Positions 1-15,050 are shown, counted from the stretch's first letter. The stretch: DNA of 64,000 nucleotides from the human T2T-CHM13v2.0 reference genome, Homo sapiens (GCF_009914755.1 NC_060926.1), one strand, 5' to 3'. The notes: generated from the letters alone by a model not told the origin. Numbers and translations: made by a program.

Positions 1-736
1 AGCAAAGCCATTCTCACAGCAAACAGCACAAGGCTGTTGCTCTGGATGGAGATAGCTCTGAATGCACATTCTTGCCTCATTAGAACATTCCTGAAAATGG
101 AATATGTGTCAAGAGCCTTGCAGATACAATGGGGTTTCCCAGCAGCCCACGGACTCAATAACAATTCCACTCCAAGCATCATCCTTTGTGCGCATTTAAA
201 ATTTAGTCGTGCGCCACATAATGACGTTTTGGTCAACGGACTGCATCTGTGACGTTGGTCCCATGAGATTCTAGGGGAACTGAAAAATTCCTATCACCTA
301 GTGATATCGTAGTCATCGGAATTTGTGGCAAGAGGCATTACTCAAGTGTTTGTAGCGATTCGGGTGTAAATTAACCTGCACTGCCAGTACTATCAACAGT
401 CTAGCACATGCAATTATGTACAACACATAGCACTTGATAATTATAAACAACTGTTACTGGTTTTATGTATTTACCATACTTTTATTATAGTATACACCTT
501 CTACTTATTGAAAAGCAGTTAACTGTAGAACAGCCTCGGGCAGGTCCTTCAGGAGATGCTTCAGAAGGAGGCATTGTTCTCATAGGAGATGACACAGCTC
601 CATGAGTGTTGCTGCCCCTGAAGACCTTCTAGTGGGACAAGATGTGGAGGTGGAAGACAGTGATATTGATGATCCTGATGCTGTAAAGGCTGGGCGAGTG
701 TGTGTGTGTCTGTCTTAGTTTTAACAAAAAGTTTTA

Positions 737-1081
<345 letters not shown>

Positions 1082-1301
1082 TTAAGCTCATAGAATAAGG
1101 ATATCAAGAAAGAAGACATTTTTGATCAGTTGCACAATGTGTTTGTTTTAAGCTAAGTGTTATTACAAAAGAGTCAAAGAGTTTAAAAGGTTATAAAGTA
1201 AAAAAGTTATAGTAAGCTAAGGTTAACTTATTAATGAAGAAAGAAAAATATCGTTTATAAATCGAGTGTATCCTAAGAGGAGAGTGTCAAGTCTCCAGTA
1301 G

Positions 1302-1833
<532 letters not shown>

Positions 1834-1850
1834 TAACTTGCTGTATATAG

Positions 1851-2061
1851 CAACCTTATCCAACCCACAGGCTGCATGTGGCCCAGGACAGCTTTGAATG
1901 AGGCCCAACATAAATTTGTAAACTTTCTGAAAACATTACGAGATTATTTTTGCAATTTTTTTTTAAGCTCAACAGCTATCATTAGTGTTAGTGTATTTTA
2001 TGTGTGGCCCAAGACAATTCTTCCAATGTGGCCCAGGGAATCCAAAAGAGTGGACACCCGT
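1851..2061. mobile_element. MER30 (hAT-Charlie MITE)
   Basis: ggcccaggacagctttgaat...ccaatgtggcccaggga...tggacaccc matches recalled consensus. Confidence 0.8.
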
Positions 2062-2287
2062 GCTCACAGGTTAGTAGCCCAAGACCAGTAGGCTACACCA
2101 CACATCCTAGTGTGTAGCAGGCTGTGCCGTGTAGGTGTGTGTAAGTGCACTCTAGGATGTTAGCACAGTGACAGAATCGCCTGATGTCGCATTTCTCAGA
2201 ACGTATTCTGTGTTGTTTAGCGACACATGACTGTAAATCATTTTCACTTCCTATTTTGTCACATCTATGTTTCTACCAATCTTGTAG

Positions 2288-2446
2288 ACCTCAGAGAAGA
2301 ATCTGACTGGCATTATCTCCAGCTTAGCGACCCCTGGCCAGACCTGGAGCTGTTCAAGAAGTTGCCCTTTGACTACATCATTCACGACCCGAAGTATGAA
2401 GATGCCAGCCTGATTTGTTCGCACTATCAGGGTATAAAGAGTGAAG
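2288..2446 (+). CDS. GREB1: GREB1 internal coding exon (DLREESDW...GIKSE); upstream exons lie outside the window
   Basis: ttgtag|AC acceptor and GAAG|gtcaga donor; 159 nt, phase 1/1; peptide recognised as GREB1. Confidence 0.95.
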
Positions 2447-2926
2447 GTCAGACTTTGAATCTCTCGTTTCACCTTCCAGAGTGCATGGGCACAGCCTCTT
2501 AAAGGGATGAGCTGGATTTTGTTAGGCATGAAATCAGGTGGTGATGAATTAACCTGCCATACCTAGTACAGAACTGAGGTCACCACCTCCCTGTATAAGG
2601 AAGGGAGGAATGCAAAACCTGTGAATTGAAGAGTGTTGCTCAGGAAGTGCTAAGTGACAATGACGACACCCTTGCTGATTTGTCACCATTGGAATATTCT
2701 GAAGGCTGTGGTTAATAGAGGATAAAAGACGTGTATGTTTACTTATTAATTTGGAGTTATCAAAACGAGTACACGTGTTCACCTCTCCTCCCCCGGTGTC
2801 TTGATTTTTCCCTCCCTCAGGGATCCCCAACATCCATGGTGTGCTGGCGCTGCAGTGTACCGGGGCCATTGCGATTATAAACTTAGACTAGAAAAATTTG
2901 GTAAATGCCGTGAGAAAGGAAATGAC

Positions 2927-3286
2927 TGTGTTAGTCCGTTTCACGCTGCTGATAAAGACATACCTGAGACTGGGTAATTTATAAAGAAAAAGAGGCTTAA
3001 TTGACTCACAGTTCCACGTGGCTGGGGAGGCTTCACAATCGTGGTGGAAGGTGAAAGGCACGTCTTATATAGCAGCAGGCAAGAGAGAGTGAGAGCCCAG
3101 CAAAAGGGGAAACCCCTTAGAAAACCATTGCATCTCGTGAAAATTATTCAGTACCATGAGAACAGTATTAGGGAAACTGCCCCCATGATTCAGTTATCTC
3201 CCATCAGGTCCCTCCCACAACATGTAAGAATTATGGGAGCTACAATTCAAGGTAGATTTGGGTGGGGACACAGACAAACCATATCA
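2927..3286. mobile_element. THE1-family solo LTR (ERVL-MaLR)
   Basis: tgtgttagtccg...aaaccatatca; TSD atgac/gtgac. Confidence 0.85.
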
Positions 3287-3384
3287 GTGACCCACCAGTC
3301 TCCATTTCAAACCAACAACTTTATTGTCCTTGCTCTCAGAATAGATCCCTTGCACTGAGGATCCTTCTCGTAGGCCAGTCTCTA

Positions 3385-3767
<383 letters not shown>

Positions 3768-4095
3768 TCAGAGCTGGCATGTTAAGTTGGCAATCGATTT
3801 AAATTGTTGTATAGCGGATCTTTACATAGGTGCTGATGAAATATTTTTAGTCTACAGTAAGACATGATATGGACAGTGCCTTAATTAGTTTATTCCACTG
3901 ACACTTTGTGGCCCTTCGTTGTCTCCTTTGACCAGCTGTCACGTCAGGGCCCAGGGAGGTGAGAGGCAGTCCTCCCCAACCAGACAGAATCCTGTTGTCT
4001 GGTCATTTGAGCATTTTTGGTTTCTGTTTGAGCAGGCAGGGGATAATGTTTGCTTTGCTCCCTGCTGCTTTTTAATCCTGGGGAATTTGGTGCAG

Positions 4096-4238
4096 ACAGA
4101 GGGATGTCCCGGAAGCCGGAGGACCTTTATGTGCGGCGTCAGACGGCACGGATGAGACTGTCCAAGTACGCAGCGTACAACACTTACCACCACTGTGAGC
4201 AGTGCCACCAGTACATGGGCTTCCACCCCCGCTACCAG
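4096..4238 (+). CDS. GREB1: GREB1 coding exon (DRGMSRK...HHCEQCHQ...HPRYQ)
   Basis: tgcag|AC and CAG|gtaggc; 143 nt, phase 1/0; in frame with neighbours. Confidence 0.95.
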
Positions 4239-7081
4239 GTAGGCCCCAGCAGTTCCCCACCAGGCATTTCACCTTGGCTCACATTGTCCGTTCCCCTGCT
4301 CTCTCACGCTTTCATTCCAGAGTGGGAGATAGAGAGTTCTGGAAGCCCTGGCTTCCTGGTCTGCTTGCATCCTCTGTTCCCTTCAATTGTCTGTGAAATG
4401 ATTGCTGGAACTAGAGCACCACGGTTCTCCTGGGGTTGTGTGTTTATCAGTGGCCAAGTTACCCGACCGTGGAGGTGGTCGTCATCTTTAGGTCCCAATG
4501 CTTTCAGAAGTTAGTCCAATGCAACAGATGCTCACCAGGTGCTTATTCTGTACCAGGCACTGGGGCTGCAGAGCTGAATCAACTCTGTCCCCATCCTCCA
4601 TGCTCAGTCTAGAAGGGAGATGTGCACATAAGCAAAACCTAACGATATGAAGCAGGCAAAAGGAGTACTATGGTTGAGGCACAGAAATCCATTGATAAGA
4701 GGAGGAATTTGCATTTATTGAGCACCTACTGCATGCCAGGCAATGTGCCTAGGCACTTTTTATATATCAGTCTCTCCCAACCTTTTATGCAATAGAAAAT
4801 ATTTATCCTGGACACATAGAAATGGATAAGGCTCCTGACCCAGGGCTCTGGCTGCCTCAGGCCCTGGTGGGTCACCTGAAGCCACGCCTGCAAGCCACCC
4901 AAGGTGTGCTGGATGGGAGCTGTCCTATCTAGTGTCCTATTTACTTCACACTAAAATTTCATTGTCCCTGTTTTATAAATGAGGATCCTGTTTGGGTCGG
5001 GAGCGGAAGAGAGAAGATTTGGAAGAATTAATAAGAATTTGCCAAGGTGCCAAGAATTAATAAGATGAAGGGAGAGGGACAGCATGTGTGGGAGAGGGGA
5101 GGTGGGGTTTCCAGGGGATGGGAAGTGATGTGGGTTGGGTGTTTCTGGAACCCAGACTTTGGGGTGGGTACACTCAGCCACGAAACTCGGAGGGCAGGCA
5201 GAGGCCAGACCACAAAATGCCTGGTGGGCACTGTGGGGAGGAACGAGGACTCTCTCAGTGGGAACTCCAAGTGGAGCCCAGTGTGGGCAGAGCTGTGTTT
5301 AGACTGGTCTCTTAGTCCCATGGAGGTGTATGGAGGGCCTGTGAGGCTGGTTATTTATAAACAGGGCAGAGGATTTATTTTACATTGAATATTTCTTTTC
5401 ATTTCAGACCCGAGCAAGGGAGAGAGGGGTGGAGGGAGAGAGCCAGAGTTGGTGGGAGCTAGTCAGATGCCTGGCTGGGGAGCAGAGGCATGTAGGGTAG
5501 CTGATGTCCTGGGCTGCTTTCAGAAAGGCCTGAGGCAAGAGCACTGGCCTCTCTTTCCATCCCTTTTACAGAGGGAAACAGCACCTGTCTGCCTGGCCTT
5601 GAGCTTGGCTGCCGGGGACGCAGCACTCATTGTTTGAGTGTGCAATTGTACTGTAGATGAAAGAAAGAACATATGAGCAATTTTTTAAGGGTCAAAATAA
5701 TCAGTAATCCCATTTGTTCCAGATAAACTCTCCTAACATTTTGTTTCTTGGAGATGTAGTTTTTCTTTTAAGGCAAACAAAAACATACATGAAAACACGT
5801 CCTTGATTTTGAAATGTAGGGAACTGAAAGGGACTGAAGGGTGTCAGTCCCTACTCATCCCTGTCAGTGTCAGGAGTGGGTAGTGCCATCAGGACCTCGG
5901 GCTGCATCAACAGACACCAGAGTGCAGAGGAGGAGGAGAGGCAGCCGGCTGGGCTGTGCCTGGCCTGTGTTCTCAGGGGTGCGCAGGTCTGGGGGCCACA
6001 GTGGAAGAGGAGCATGCCTGGGACGGTGAGGGGGCTTGAAACCAGCTGGTGCGGGTGCAGAGGCCGCGTGGCCCCCTGGCTGCCCTCTCCATGTGGCCTG
6101 CACCTGCTCGTTCTGTTTTCTCTTCCTTTGCCTCCCAAGGCTCCCTTGACCTTTTTTATGAAACTGCCTCAGTGTGTCCTCCTTAACTGCCTCCCCGAGT
6201 CAAAATCCCTTTCTCCCTCATCTCTGCTCCCAAAGAAAGGGCTCTGTGGGTCTAGAAGAGCCATGGCAGAGATTAAAGCAGTGTGTGCTCGTCTGCCTCC
6301 TTCCCTGCAGACCCTGGATGCATGCATAGCACATGCTAGGAGGGGATGTCAGTAGGAAGGGCCGTGGGTCGGTGGGGTCGTAAGAGGACGTTCAAGCTGA
6401 GGGCAAAGCTGCGCTGGAGGTCACACCCAGAGCAGCACGTGCACAGATGTGGGGTGTGAGGCTCCTGGGAAGTGGAGGCTGGAGGAGGTGACTAAGGGCG
6501 CAGCCAGACTTGGTGACTTGGTGACAGAGCCCAAGGTCTCTGAATGTCAGTTTTCACACCTGTAAAATGGGGATGATGACAGTACTGCTTTGTAGGATTG
6601 TTAATCGCAGCACACAGGACAGAACGGTGCCTGGCGAGCCGTGTTATAGGAGTGTCCAAGCATATGCAGCTAGTGTTAATATGTGATTGCATGTAACTGT
6701 GATGGAGAAATACATTTATTAGAATTAAAAATGAGCTCTGTAGCATGAATGCTTGAGTTGGTGACCCAGAACAGGGCTCTGGTCAGGTTCAAAGCCACGG
6801 GGACCAGAAAGCTTGATGCCTGCTTGGCACAGCAGGGTGAGGCCCCATGCGGACTGAGGATGGGAGCAGGCTCTCGTCGTGGGTGTGTGGCCTCGGGCGT
6901 GCTTGCCCTGTCAACAGACCTGGGTGTCTGCACTTTGCACTGGAGTCACCCCGTGGGTTTCTTGTGCTGTAGGGAAGTGGTGACTGTGAGCTGCACGTTG
7001 TCACAGCAGAGTGGGCCTGGGGTCTTCTGGGAAGCAGGCCGGACTCTGACGGCAAGCTCTGTCCTTTCCCCCACACCCCAG

Positions 7082-7243
7082 CTGTATGAGTCCACCCTGC
7101 ACGCCTTTGCCTTCTCTTACTCCATGCTAGGAGAGGAGATCCAGCTGCACTTCATCATCCCCAAGTCCAAGGAGCACCACTTTGTCTTCAGCCAACCTGG
7201 AGGCCAGCTGGAGAGCATGCGACTACCCCTCGTGACAGACAAG
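7082..7243 (+). CDS. GREB1: GREB1 coding exon (LYESTLH...LVTDK)
   Basis: ccccag|CTG and AAG|gtactg; 162 nt, phase 0/0. Confidence 0.95.
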
Positions 7244-8569
7244 GTACTGGCTCAGAGACCTAGTGGGACAGATCCAAGTGGCTTCAACTGGGGACTGAGC
7301 CGGGGACTAGAGACAGAGCTTCCTGTGAGGGAGTGCAGACACCGATACAGGGACTGAACTTGGAGGAGGCTGGTGTCGCGCACGGGCTCTGGAGTCACTC
7401 CAATTCAAGCCTCAGCCTTGCTCTACCATTTACTAGTTTTGTTACTTGAACATGTCACTTAATATCTGCAAGCCTTGGTTTCCTCATTGTTACATTGGAG
7501 AGTAGCAACTTGCAAAAGCTTGTGGTGAGAACTGTTTGGAATAACTGATGAAAGGCCCTATCTTCCGTGCCCGGAAGATAACAGGAGCTGGGTAGACGTT
7601 CATCCCCTCCCTGTCTTTTCTTGAATGCTCTGCCAGGTAACATTTTGCGTAGGCTTAGGTAGATAGGACAGCACAGTGAATCCCTAGGGCCCATTACCAA
7701 CTCCAGCAATTGCTAACTCATGGCCAGCCTTGTTTCATCCGTCCCTCTCTCCTCTTCTGCCTTCCTGTTTTGTTTGGAAGTAAATCCCAGACCTCAAATC
7801 ATGTCATCTATCTATACATATTTATACCTATAGATATAGATATTTCAGTGTGTCTCTCTAAAAGACACATTTCCTTTATCTTTTGAAGAGGTCGTTCTGA
7901 ACGTTCCATTGTCTCTCACCATTCTTACAGAGATGCTCCTTGTAGAGCTTTTGGTTTGACGGTGCTCACCTGATCACCTCAGAGTCAGTTGGCTGCTCTT
8001 TAACCAGCCCCGCTCAAGGCAGGCCATGTGGAGAAGCTGCTTTTCCTTCTCCAGAGTGCTAGGCACCTGTGGAGTTGCCCCTGGCCTTTCAGATCTGGCA
8101 GCCTGTTATTAAGCAGTGAAAATATTTGTAATGTACCCAAGAGGACTTCATTGTTAGGTACCTCCTACCCCACGGGCTGGGGTTGGGTGTTGCGGTGAAA
8201 TTCCAGGGGTGAAATATGAGAGCTGGGGTTTCTCCACCACTCCACTCACCTTCCAGCCTTCCTGGCGGAGCTGGCCATGAGCACCAGCTGCATGCACAGT
8301 GTTGTGGCAGGTGCTCTGAGGAATTCAGAGGGAGCAGAAGGCCTAGCTCTGCCAGTTGAACTTATTGTTAAAGAAGGAGTTGAAGAAAACAGTTATTTAC
8401 ATAAAAGATATAACAACCCGAGTGGATAGCTAAGCTCTATGGGGCAGTGATTGGGGGGTGTTGTGTGTTCATTTGCATGGAAAATTAAAGACATACAAGA
8501 ATAATGTGTGCTCTGGGCACAATATTAGATTCTAATATGAGAGGGTAATGAATTTGGTTAATTGCTATA

Positions 8570-9023
8570 TGCCAGTTAATTTCCGTTGCCTAACTATTCC
8601 CAAATAAGCATTAGCTTTGGGATCTGTGGGCTAGCAGTTTGGGCTTGGTTCAGCCGGATGATTTTCTGGGCTCTGTTGTGCTCACTCACTCGTGTCGATA
8701 GTGAGCCAGCAGGTTGTCTGCGGGCTGGCTGGTGGCCTCAGCTGGGCTGTTCAGCTCTCCTCCATGTGGTCTCTCATCGTCCAGCAGGCTAGCCCGGGCT
8801 TGTGCATGGGAGAGTTCTGAGAGGGTGTGGAACATGTAAGTCCTCTTGAGGCTATGCCCAGGACTGGCACAAGGCCATTTTTCCTCCCTTTTACTGGTAA
8901 AAGCAAGTCACAAGGCTGAAAATTCCAGCAGTGTAGGCATGGTCATCATTCTTTGACGGAAAATACTGCAAAGTCACATGTCAAGGGAATAATTGCAGCC
9001 ACATTTACAAACACTCTACCTCA
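8570..9023. mobile_element. Old MLT1-type MaLR LTR
   Basis: ctccatgtggtctctcatc, aaagcaagtcacaaggc, tgcaaagtcacat, ending in ctacctca. Confidence 0.6.
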
Positions 9024-9042
9024 TGATACCTGTACTTTGCAG

Positions 9043-9247
9043 AGCCATGAATATATAAAAAGTCCGACATTCACTCCAACCACCGGCCGTCACGAACATG
9101 GGCTCTTTAATCTGTACCACGCAATGGACGGTGCCAGCCATTTGCACGTGCTGGTTGTCAAGGAATACGAGATGGCAATTTATAAGAAATATTGGCCCAA
9201 CCACATCATGCTGGTGCTCCCCAGTATCTTCAACAGTGCTGGAGTTG
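9043..9247 (+). CDS. GREB1: GREB1 coding exon (SHEYIKS...NSAGV); start of glycosyltransferase-like region
   Basis: ttgcag|AGC and GTTG|gtgagt; 205 nt, phase 0/1. Confidence 0.95.
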
Positions 9248-9386
9248 GTGAGTGTCCTTTAACATCATCTACTCAGTCAAACTCCTGTGAACGAACACTT
9301 GAGAGAGTGTTCTAGAGACAAAAGTTAAACATGTGACATCAGGCCTTTTACTTTTGGACTTTTAAAGCTATTTTCATTTTGTCTGA

Positions 9387-9771
<385 letters not shown>

Positions 9772-10022
9772 AAATTGATATTTTCAATGGTTAGAGAAGA
9801 AAGCATAAGAAAGCAAATTTGTGTTCCACCTGGAGAGGAGTGTTTTCCTCCCTGTAGTTTTCTCTCCCTAGCCCATGGGCTGTGTTTTGTGACAGGTGAT
9901 TCATGTCAGGAAGGTCGGGGCTGGCTTGTCTGGGCGGCCCCGACAGCAGGTCTGCCTGGGGTCTGTCTGCTGTGGGTGTGGGTGCAGGTCAGTCCTGAGT
10001 CCAGGTGCTTTGCCCACTGCAG

Positions 10023-10197
10023 GTGCTGCTCATTTCCTCATCAAGGAGCTGTCCTACCATAACCTGGAGCTCGAGCGGAACCGGCAGGAGGAGCTGGGAA
10101 TCAAGCCGCAGGACATCTGGCCTTTCATTGTGATCTCTGATGACTCCTGCGTGATGTGGAACGTGGTGGATGTCAACTCTGCTGGGGAGAGAAGCAG
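10023..10197 (+). CDS. GREB1: GREB1 coding exon (GAAHFLIKE...IVISDDS...GERS)
   Basis: ctgcag|GT and GCAG|gtgagg; 175 nt, phase 1/2. Confidence 0.95.
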
Positions 10198-10414
10198 GTG
10201 AGGTAACCTGAGAGCACCACCTCCTGCCACCCTACGAATGATGACCAACGAGTGTGCCCTCTTTGTATGGGGAATGTGCCCACCCCTGGAAGACCGGAGG
10301 GCCTCTCATAGTAGAAGGGGTGGTTGTGGTTGTGGTTCCCAGAGTCCTGGGTGTGGTAAAAGTGAGCTCATGTGCCAAGCCTGGCTTGCTTTTAATTTTA
10401 AAAAATTGTTATTG

Positions 10415-10753
<339 letters not shown>

Positions 10754-11264
10754 CTATCCATTTAGTATAATATATAGACAAAAAAGAAAGTATAATACAT
10801 ATACAGAACTTTTCCCAAGCTAAGCACATTCATTTAACCTACTCCGATATTAAGAAAGGGACATTGCTGCCCCCCCAGAAACTCCCTTCCTGCTGCCCCA
10901 GCCCCACCCCTCCTCACTAGCCTGACTGCTGACTCCTAGCTTTATTTTTATTTGCTGTGTGGCTTTAGGCAAATGGCTAAATCATGTTGGGTTCTAGTTT
11001 CCTTGTCTGCGATTAATACCTATGCCATGGAGTTGTTGTGAGAATTGACTAAATTATGGTCTGCAAATGTGTTCAGCACATAGCAGAAATGAGCGCCCGT
11101 GGGAAGCGCCCAGCAGGGTGCCTGGCCCTGGGGGGACTGTGCGGGGCACCGGCCCGTCCAGGTGTTCACGGCAGTCTGAGAGCCGGTGCCACACTGCCTG
11201 GTCCCAAGGACCTTGCTGCTGCTCGTGTGTCAGCCTAGGGACTCACTCTCCCTCCTTGGAGCAG

Positions 11265-11483
11265 GGAGTTCTCCTGGTCGGAAAGGAACGTGTCTTTGAA
11301 GCACATCATGCAGCACATCGAGGCGGCCCCCGACATCATGCACTACGCCCTGCTGGGCCTGCGGAAGTGGTCCAGCAAGACCCGGGCCAGCGAGGTGCAA
11401 GAGCCCTTCTCCCGCTGCCACGTGCACAACTTCATCATCCTGAACGTGGACCTGACCCAGAACGTGCAGTACAACCAGAACCG
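11265..11483 (+). CDS. GREB1: GREB1 coding exon (EFSWSERN...QYNQN)
   Basis: gagcag|G and AACCG|gtgagc; 219 nt, phase 2/2. Confidence 0.95.
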
Positions 11484-12403
11484 GTGAGCTCCTGCACCTG
11501 GGGCAGAGGCGGCGGCAGCCCTGGGGGCGCAGAGTCCTGAGTGAGGGCAGCCTGGGGCTGCAGAGGCGTCCTGGCTGTGAGCACTGACCTGGCCTTGCTC
11601 TCCGTTGTCCCAGTTTTTTTAGTGCTGAATAATTTTGAGTATTCGCAGATCATTCAGCTTCATTCACCAATTCTCATGATGCTTTATTGAGTGAGTTATA
11701 TTGGACTGTGTGTTTTTCTTGCCTTTTTGGTTCATTCTCCCAATACATTGCTTTTTAGAAGCTTTAGCCCTGAAGAAAATGATAATTTCCGTAGGTTTCT
11801 GTACATATCTAGTCGCAGAAGTGCTCACATCTCCAGAGGATTCAATTGCTCAGTGTTCACGGAGTACCTCTCCACTGGGCAGTGGACCACGGCCTGCGTG
11901 AGCCTCTCAAAGAGGGTGGGCTTTGGAGCCAGACTGACTGCGCCTCCAAGAACCGGGGTTCTGCTGCGTATTAGCTTTGCAGCGCAGGCAGGCCACTCAC
12001 CTCCAAGCCCTATTCTTCTTAGCTGTAAAAAGCAGCTCACGTTTTTACCCTGGGAGGTTTTTTGTTGCTTTCTTTTTCACCGATGCGTGAGGTCGTGTTG
12101 GTAACGTTTCTCACGTGCACTTGGCCCTTGGCCTCTGGTCACCACGGGCAGTGCTTTTGTGGTTTAAGCATGAGGTACACACTGCCTTTCCTGTGCAGAG
12201 ATGGCCCTGTCTGTCCTGTGCGTTTTCCTTGTCTGTTTTGCCTCATATTTCCCCTAGAGTAAGGAAGGTCTTGAGGCAAGAATGAAGCCCACTCCACCTT
12301 CATAGCCCCCTACGATGGGGACCCACACTCTAGGTGCTGGGGGCAGTGACGGAGGGTGTGAGCTGTGCCCCATCAGACCCACCCCTCCTCTGGCCCTGAG
12401 TAG

Positions 12404-12539
12404 GTTCCTGTGTGACGATGTAGACTTCAACCTGCGGGTGCACAGCGCCGGCCTCCTGCTCTGCCGGTTCAACCGCTTCAGCGTGATGAAGAAGCAGATC
12501 GTGGTGGGCGGCCACAGGTCCTTCCACATCACATCCAAG
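12404..12539 (+). CDS. GREB1: GREB1 coding exon (FLCDDVDF...HITSK)
   Basis: gagtag|G and AAG|gtgagc; 136 nt, phase 2/0. Confidence 0.95.
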
Positions 12540-13847
12540 GTGAGCTCCTCGCTGCTGGGCAGGCCTCTATGTCCACCGCCTGGGCCGCCCTGGCACACAC
12601 ACTGAGGGTAGGAGCCATTGAGGGAGGCCATGTCTCTTTCAAGCGCATGGGGCAGGGCCCTACTGGGTGGGGTCAGTAAAGGTTTTTAATCGGCATTGAG
12701 CCCTGGGAAATGATGGGGTCTCTCTTCTACCTCTGACATTAACCAGTATCCTGCAAGCTTCCTCTGGGTGCAAGGCTACAACCAAGCCTTCCTGTGTGTT
12801 CTCACCTGCCCCAGCTGGGTGAGGTCTCAGGCCACGCTCTTCCTTGGGCCCCTGGGATGGTGCCTAGTTGCATAACTATTTGAATGGCTCTGCAGGCTGG
12901 CCCCATAGTCATACTATGTGTCCACTGGGCAGCCTCGGGGTGGGGAGAGACCTGGTATGATTATGTGTGTTCCAGCTGAGCAGGCCTGGGGAATTAAGAC
13001 GTAAAATCACAGCAAGTCTTGATAGCTCTGTGTCTTCCAGGAAGCAATGCAGCAGGTGTGTCTCTGCCCGAAGTTCTCCCCAGTCCCGTGGGCCAGAGCC
13101 CCTTTCTCTGTCACTTCTGTCTGTCTTGATCCTGCCCTAATGCCACCAGCTGCCTTTCCCAGGCTCTATCCCTCCTTGTCTCTGTAAACTCCTGATGGAG
13201 TTAGCTACGCTGAGGTGGGCTGGGTCTGAATTGGGACACCAGCTCCATCTCCACTGACCCCCAGAGTCAGGGATTGCCCCTTTTCCGGGAGTTGGGGGCC
13301 TCTCCTCATTGTTCTTGCAAAGTAACAAGACCTTTAAATAAAGGCCCCCACTTACAGCATCATTGAGATCTTACGATTGTGTGAGGTTTGTTGTTTAATC
13401 AGGGAGAACAGACACCTTTACCAGGGTCTCCACCAAAGGGCCAGATGTGGCTTTAAAACGAACTTTTCTTTTGTGTCCTTCAGTGTCATTTTTAAACTCT
13501 TAGGTATTTTATCTTTATTATTGAAACATAATCTTAATTTTCTATTATGTTTGATTGTATATTGGTTATGCATAAGAAAGCTAGTCATGTCTTACAGTCT
13601 TTCATGTGAGTGAAATCACTGCATTGTTTTCATTTATTCACTAAATATTTAGTGAGCAGCCAATCCCCATGCTCAGGAGTACCCAGCCCAGCAGCTGGGG
13701 CAGATGTTAGACACATGGCTAGTTAAGGACCATCGGGAGAAGCACCACAAAGGTGAAGTGTGTGTCGCGGGGAGACCTGAGTCTGTGGGAGTCCCCAGGG
13801 AAGTGATGTTAAAGGAGACCTGGAGGAAGAGAGTGAGCCACGTGCCC

Positions 13848-14237
13848 AGGCAGGGGCAAGGGCAGGGGTAAGGGCATGGGCATGGGCAGGGGCAAGGGCA
13901 GGGGCAGGGGCAGGGGCACGGGCATGGGCAGGGGCAGAGGCAGGGACAGAGGCAGGGGCAGGGACAGAGGCAGGGACATGGGCAGAGGCAGGGGCAGAGG
14001 CAAGGACAGAGGCAGGGGCATGGACAGAGCCAGGGACATAGGTAGAGGCAGGGGCAGGGACAGAGGCAGGGTCATGGGCAGGGACAGAGGCAGGGGCAGG
14101 GACAGAGGCAGGGGCATGGGCAGAGGTAGGGACAGAGGCAGGGGCAGGGACAGAGGCAGGGGCATGGGCAGAGGTAGGGACAGAGGCAGGGGCAGGGACA
14201 GAGGCAGGGGCAGGGGCAGAGGCAGGGGCAGGGACAG
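13848..14237 (+). repeat. G-rich hexamer tandem repeat (GGGCAG/AGGCAG/GGACAG/GGGCAT), about 65 units, in a GREB1 intron
   Basis: Directly visible, register unbroken. Confidence 0.95.
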
Positions 14238-14849
14238 GATGCCTTCAGTGGGTGAAGGTGCAGAAGGGTAGGAGCGAGGAGGTCGGTATGGAGGAAGGGG
14301 AGGAGGGTGGCGGAGAGGAGCTGAGGAAGTAGGCAGGCCTTCCCAGCTATGGGAAAGTTCCAGACTTTTCTCTAGGACTCACGGGAGGGAAGCAGTGAGA
14401 GTCTGATTTACGTAGATGTAAACGTGTTGGTGATGGAGCAAGAGCCTGTGGCTGGGATGCTGACTGTGGGTGGGAAGAGCCCCGGGGCTGGGCGGGATGG
14501 GGACAGGACCTTTGGTGGGGAGCTGGCCACTCCCAGAGGCTTGCATCCCCCAGACCCATGGGTTCTCTTGTTTTCTCTAGACCAGAAAGCTGGTTTCCTG
14601 CATGGAATGATCAGTGTCTATAATTCTTACTGATTAGGGTGGTTCGTTTTGACGTGTCTGTTTCATGTTTCCTTTGAGTAAAACCTAATCTTTCTCAATA
14701 GAGAAGTTTATTCTTGAAGTATGTGTTCTCAGTTCATTCCCCTGAGTGACACAAGCTCCCATGCTTGGGCCACCCTTGCAGCCCGGAAGCCATGGGAAGG
14801 TCCTCGCCCCTCAGGGCAGTAGTGGCCTGACACCCCCCTTCCCGTGCAG

Positions 14850-15050
14850 GTGTCTGATAACTCTGCCGCGGTCGTGCCGGCCCAGTACATCTGTGCCCCG
14901 GACAGCAAGCACACGTTCCTCGCAGCGCCCGCCCAGCTCCTGCTGGAGAAGTTCCTGCAGCACCACAGCCACCTCTTCTTCCCGCTGTCCCTGAAGAACC
15001 ATGACCACCCAGTGCTGTCTGTCGACTGTTACCTGAACCTGGGATCTCAG
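14850..15050 (+). CDS. GREB1: GREB1 coding exon (VSDNSAA...NLGSQ)
   Basis: gtgcag|GTG and CAG|gtgact; 201 nt, phase 0/0. Confidence 0.95.

Noticed and set aside
13848-14237. CRISPR-like array or genuine RG-rich protein gene
   Set aside because: No spacers, eukaryotic intron, no promoter or splice evidence; kept only as a repeat-based hypothesis
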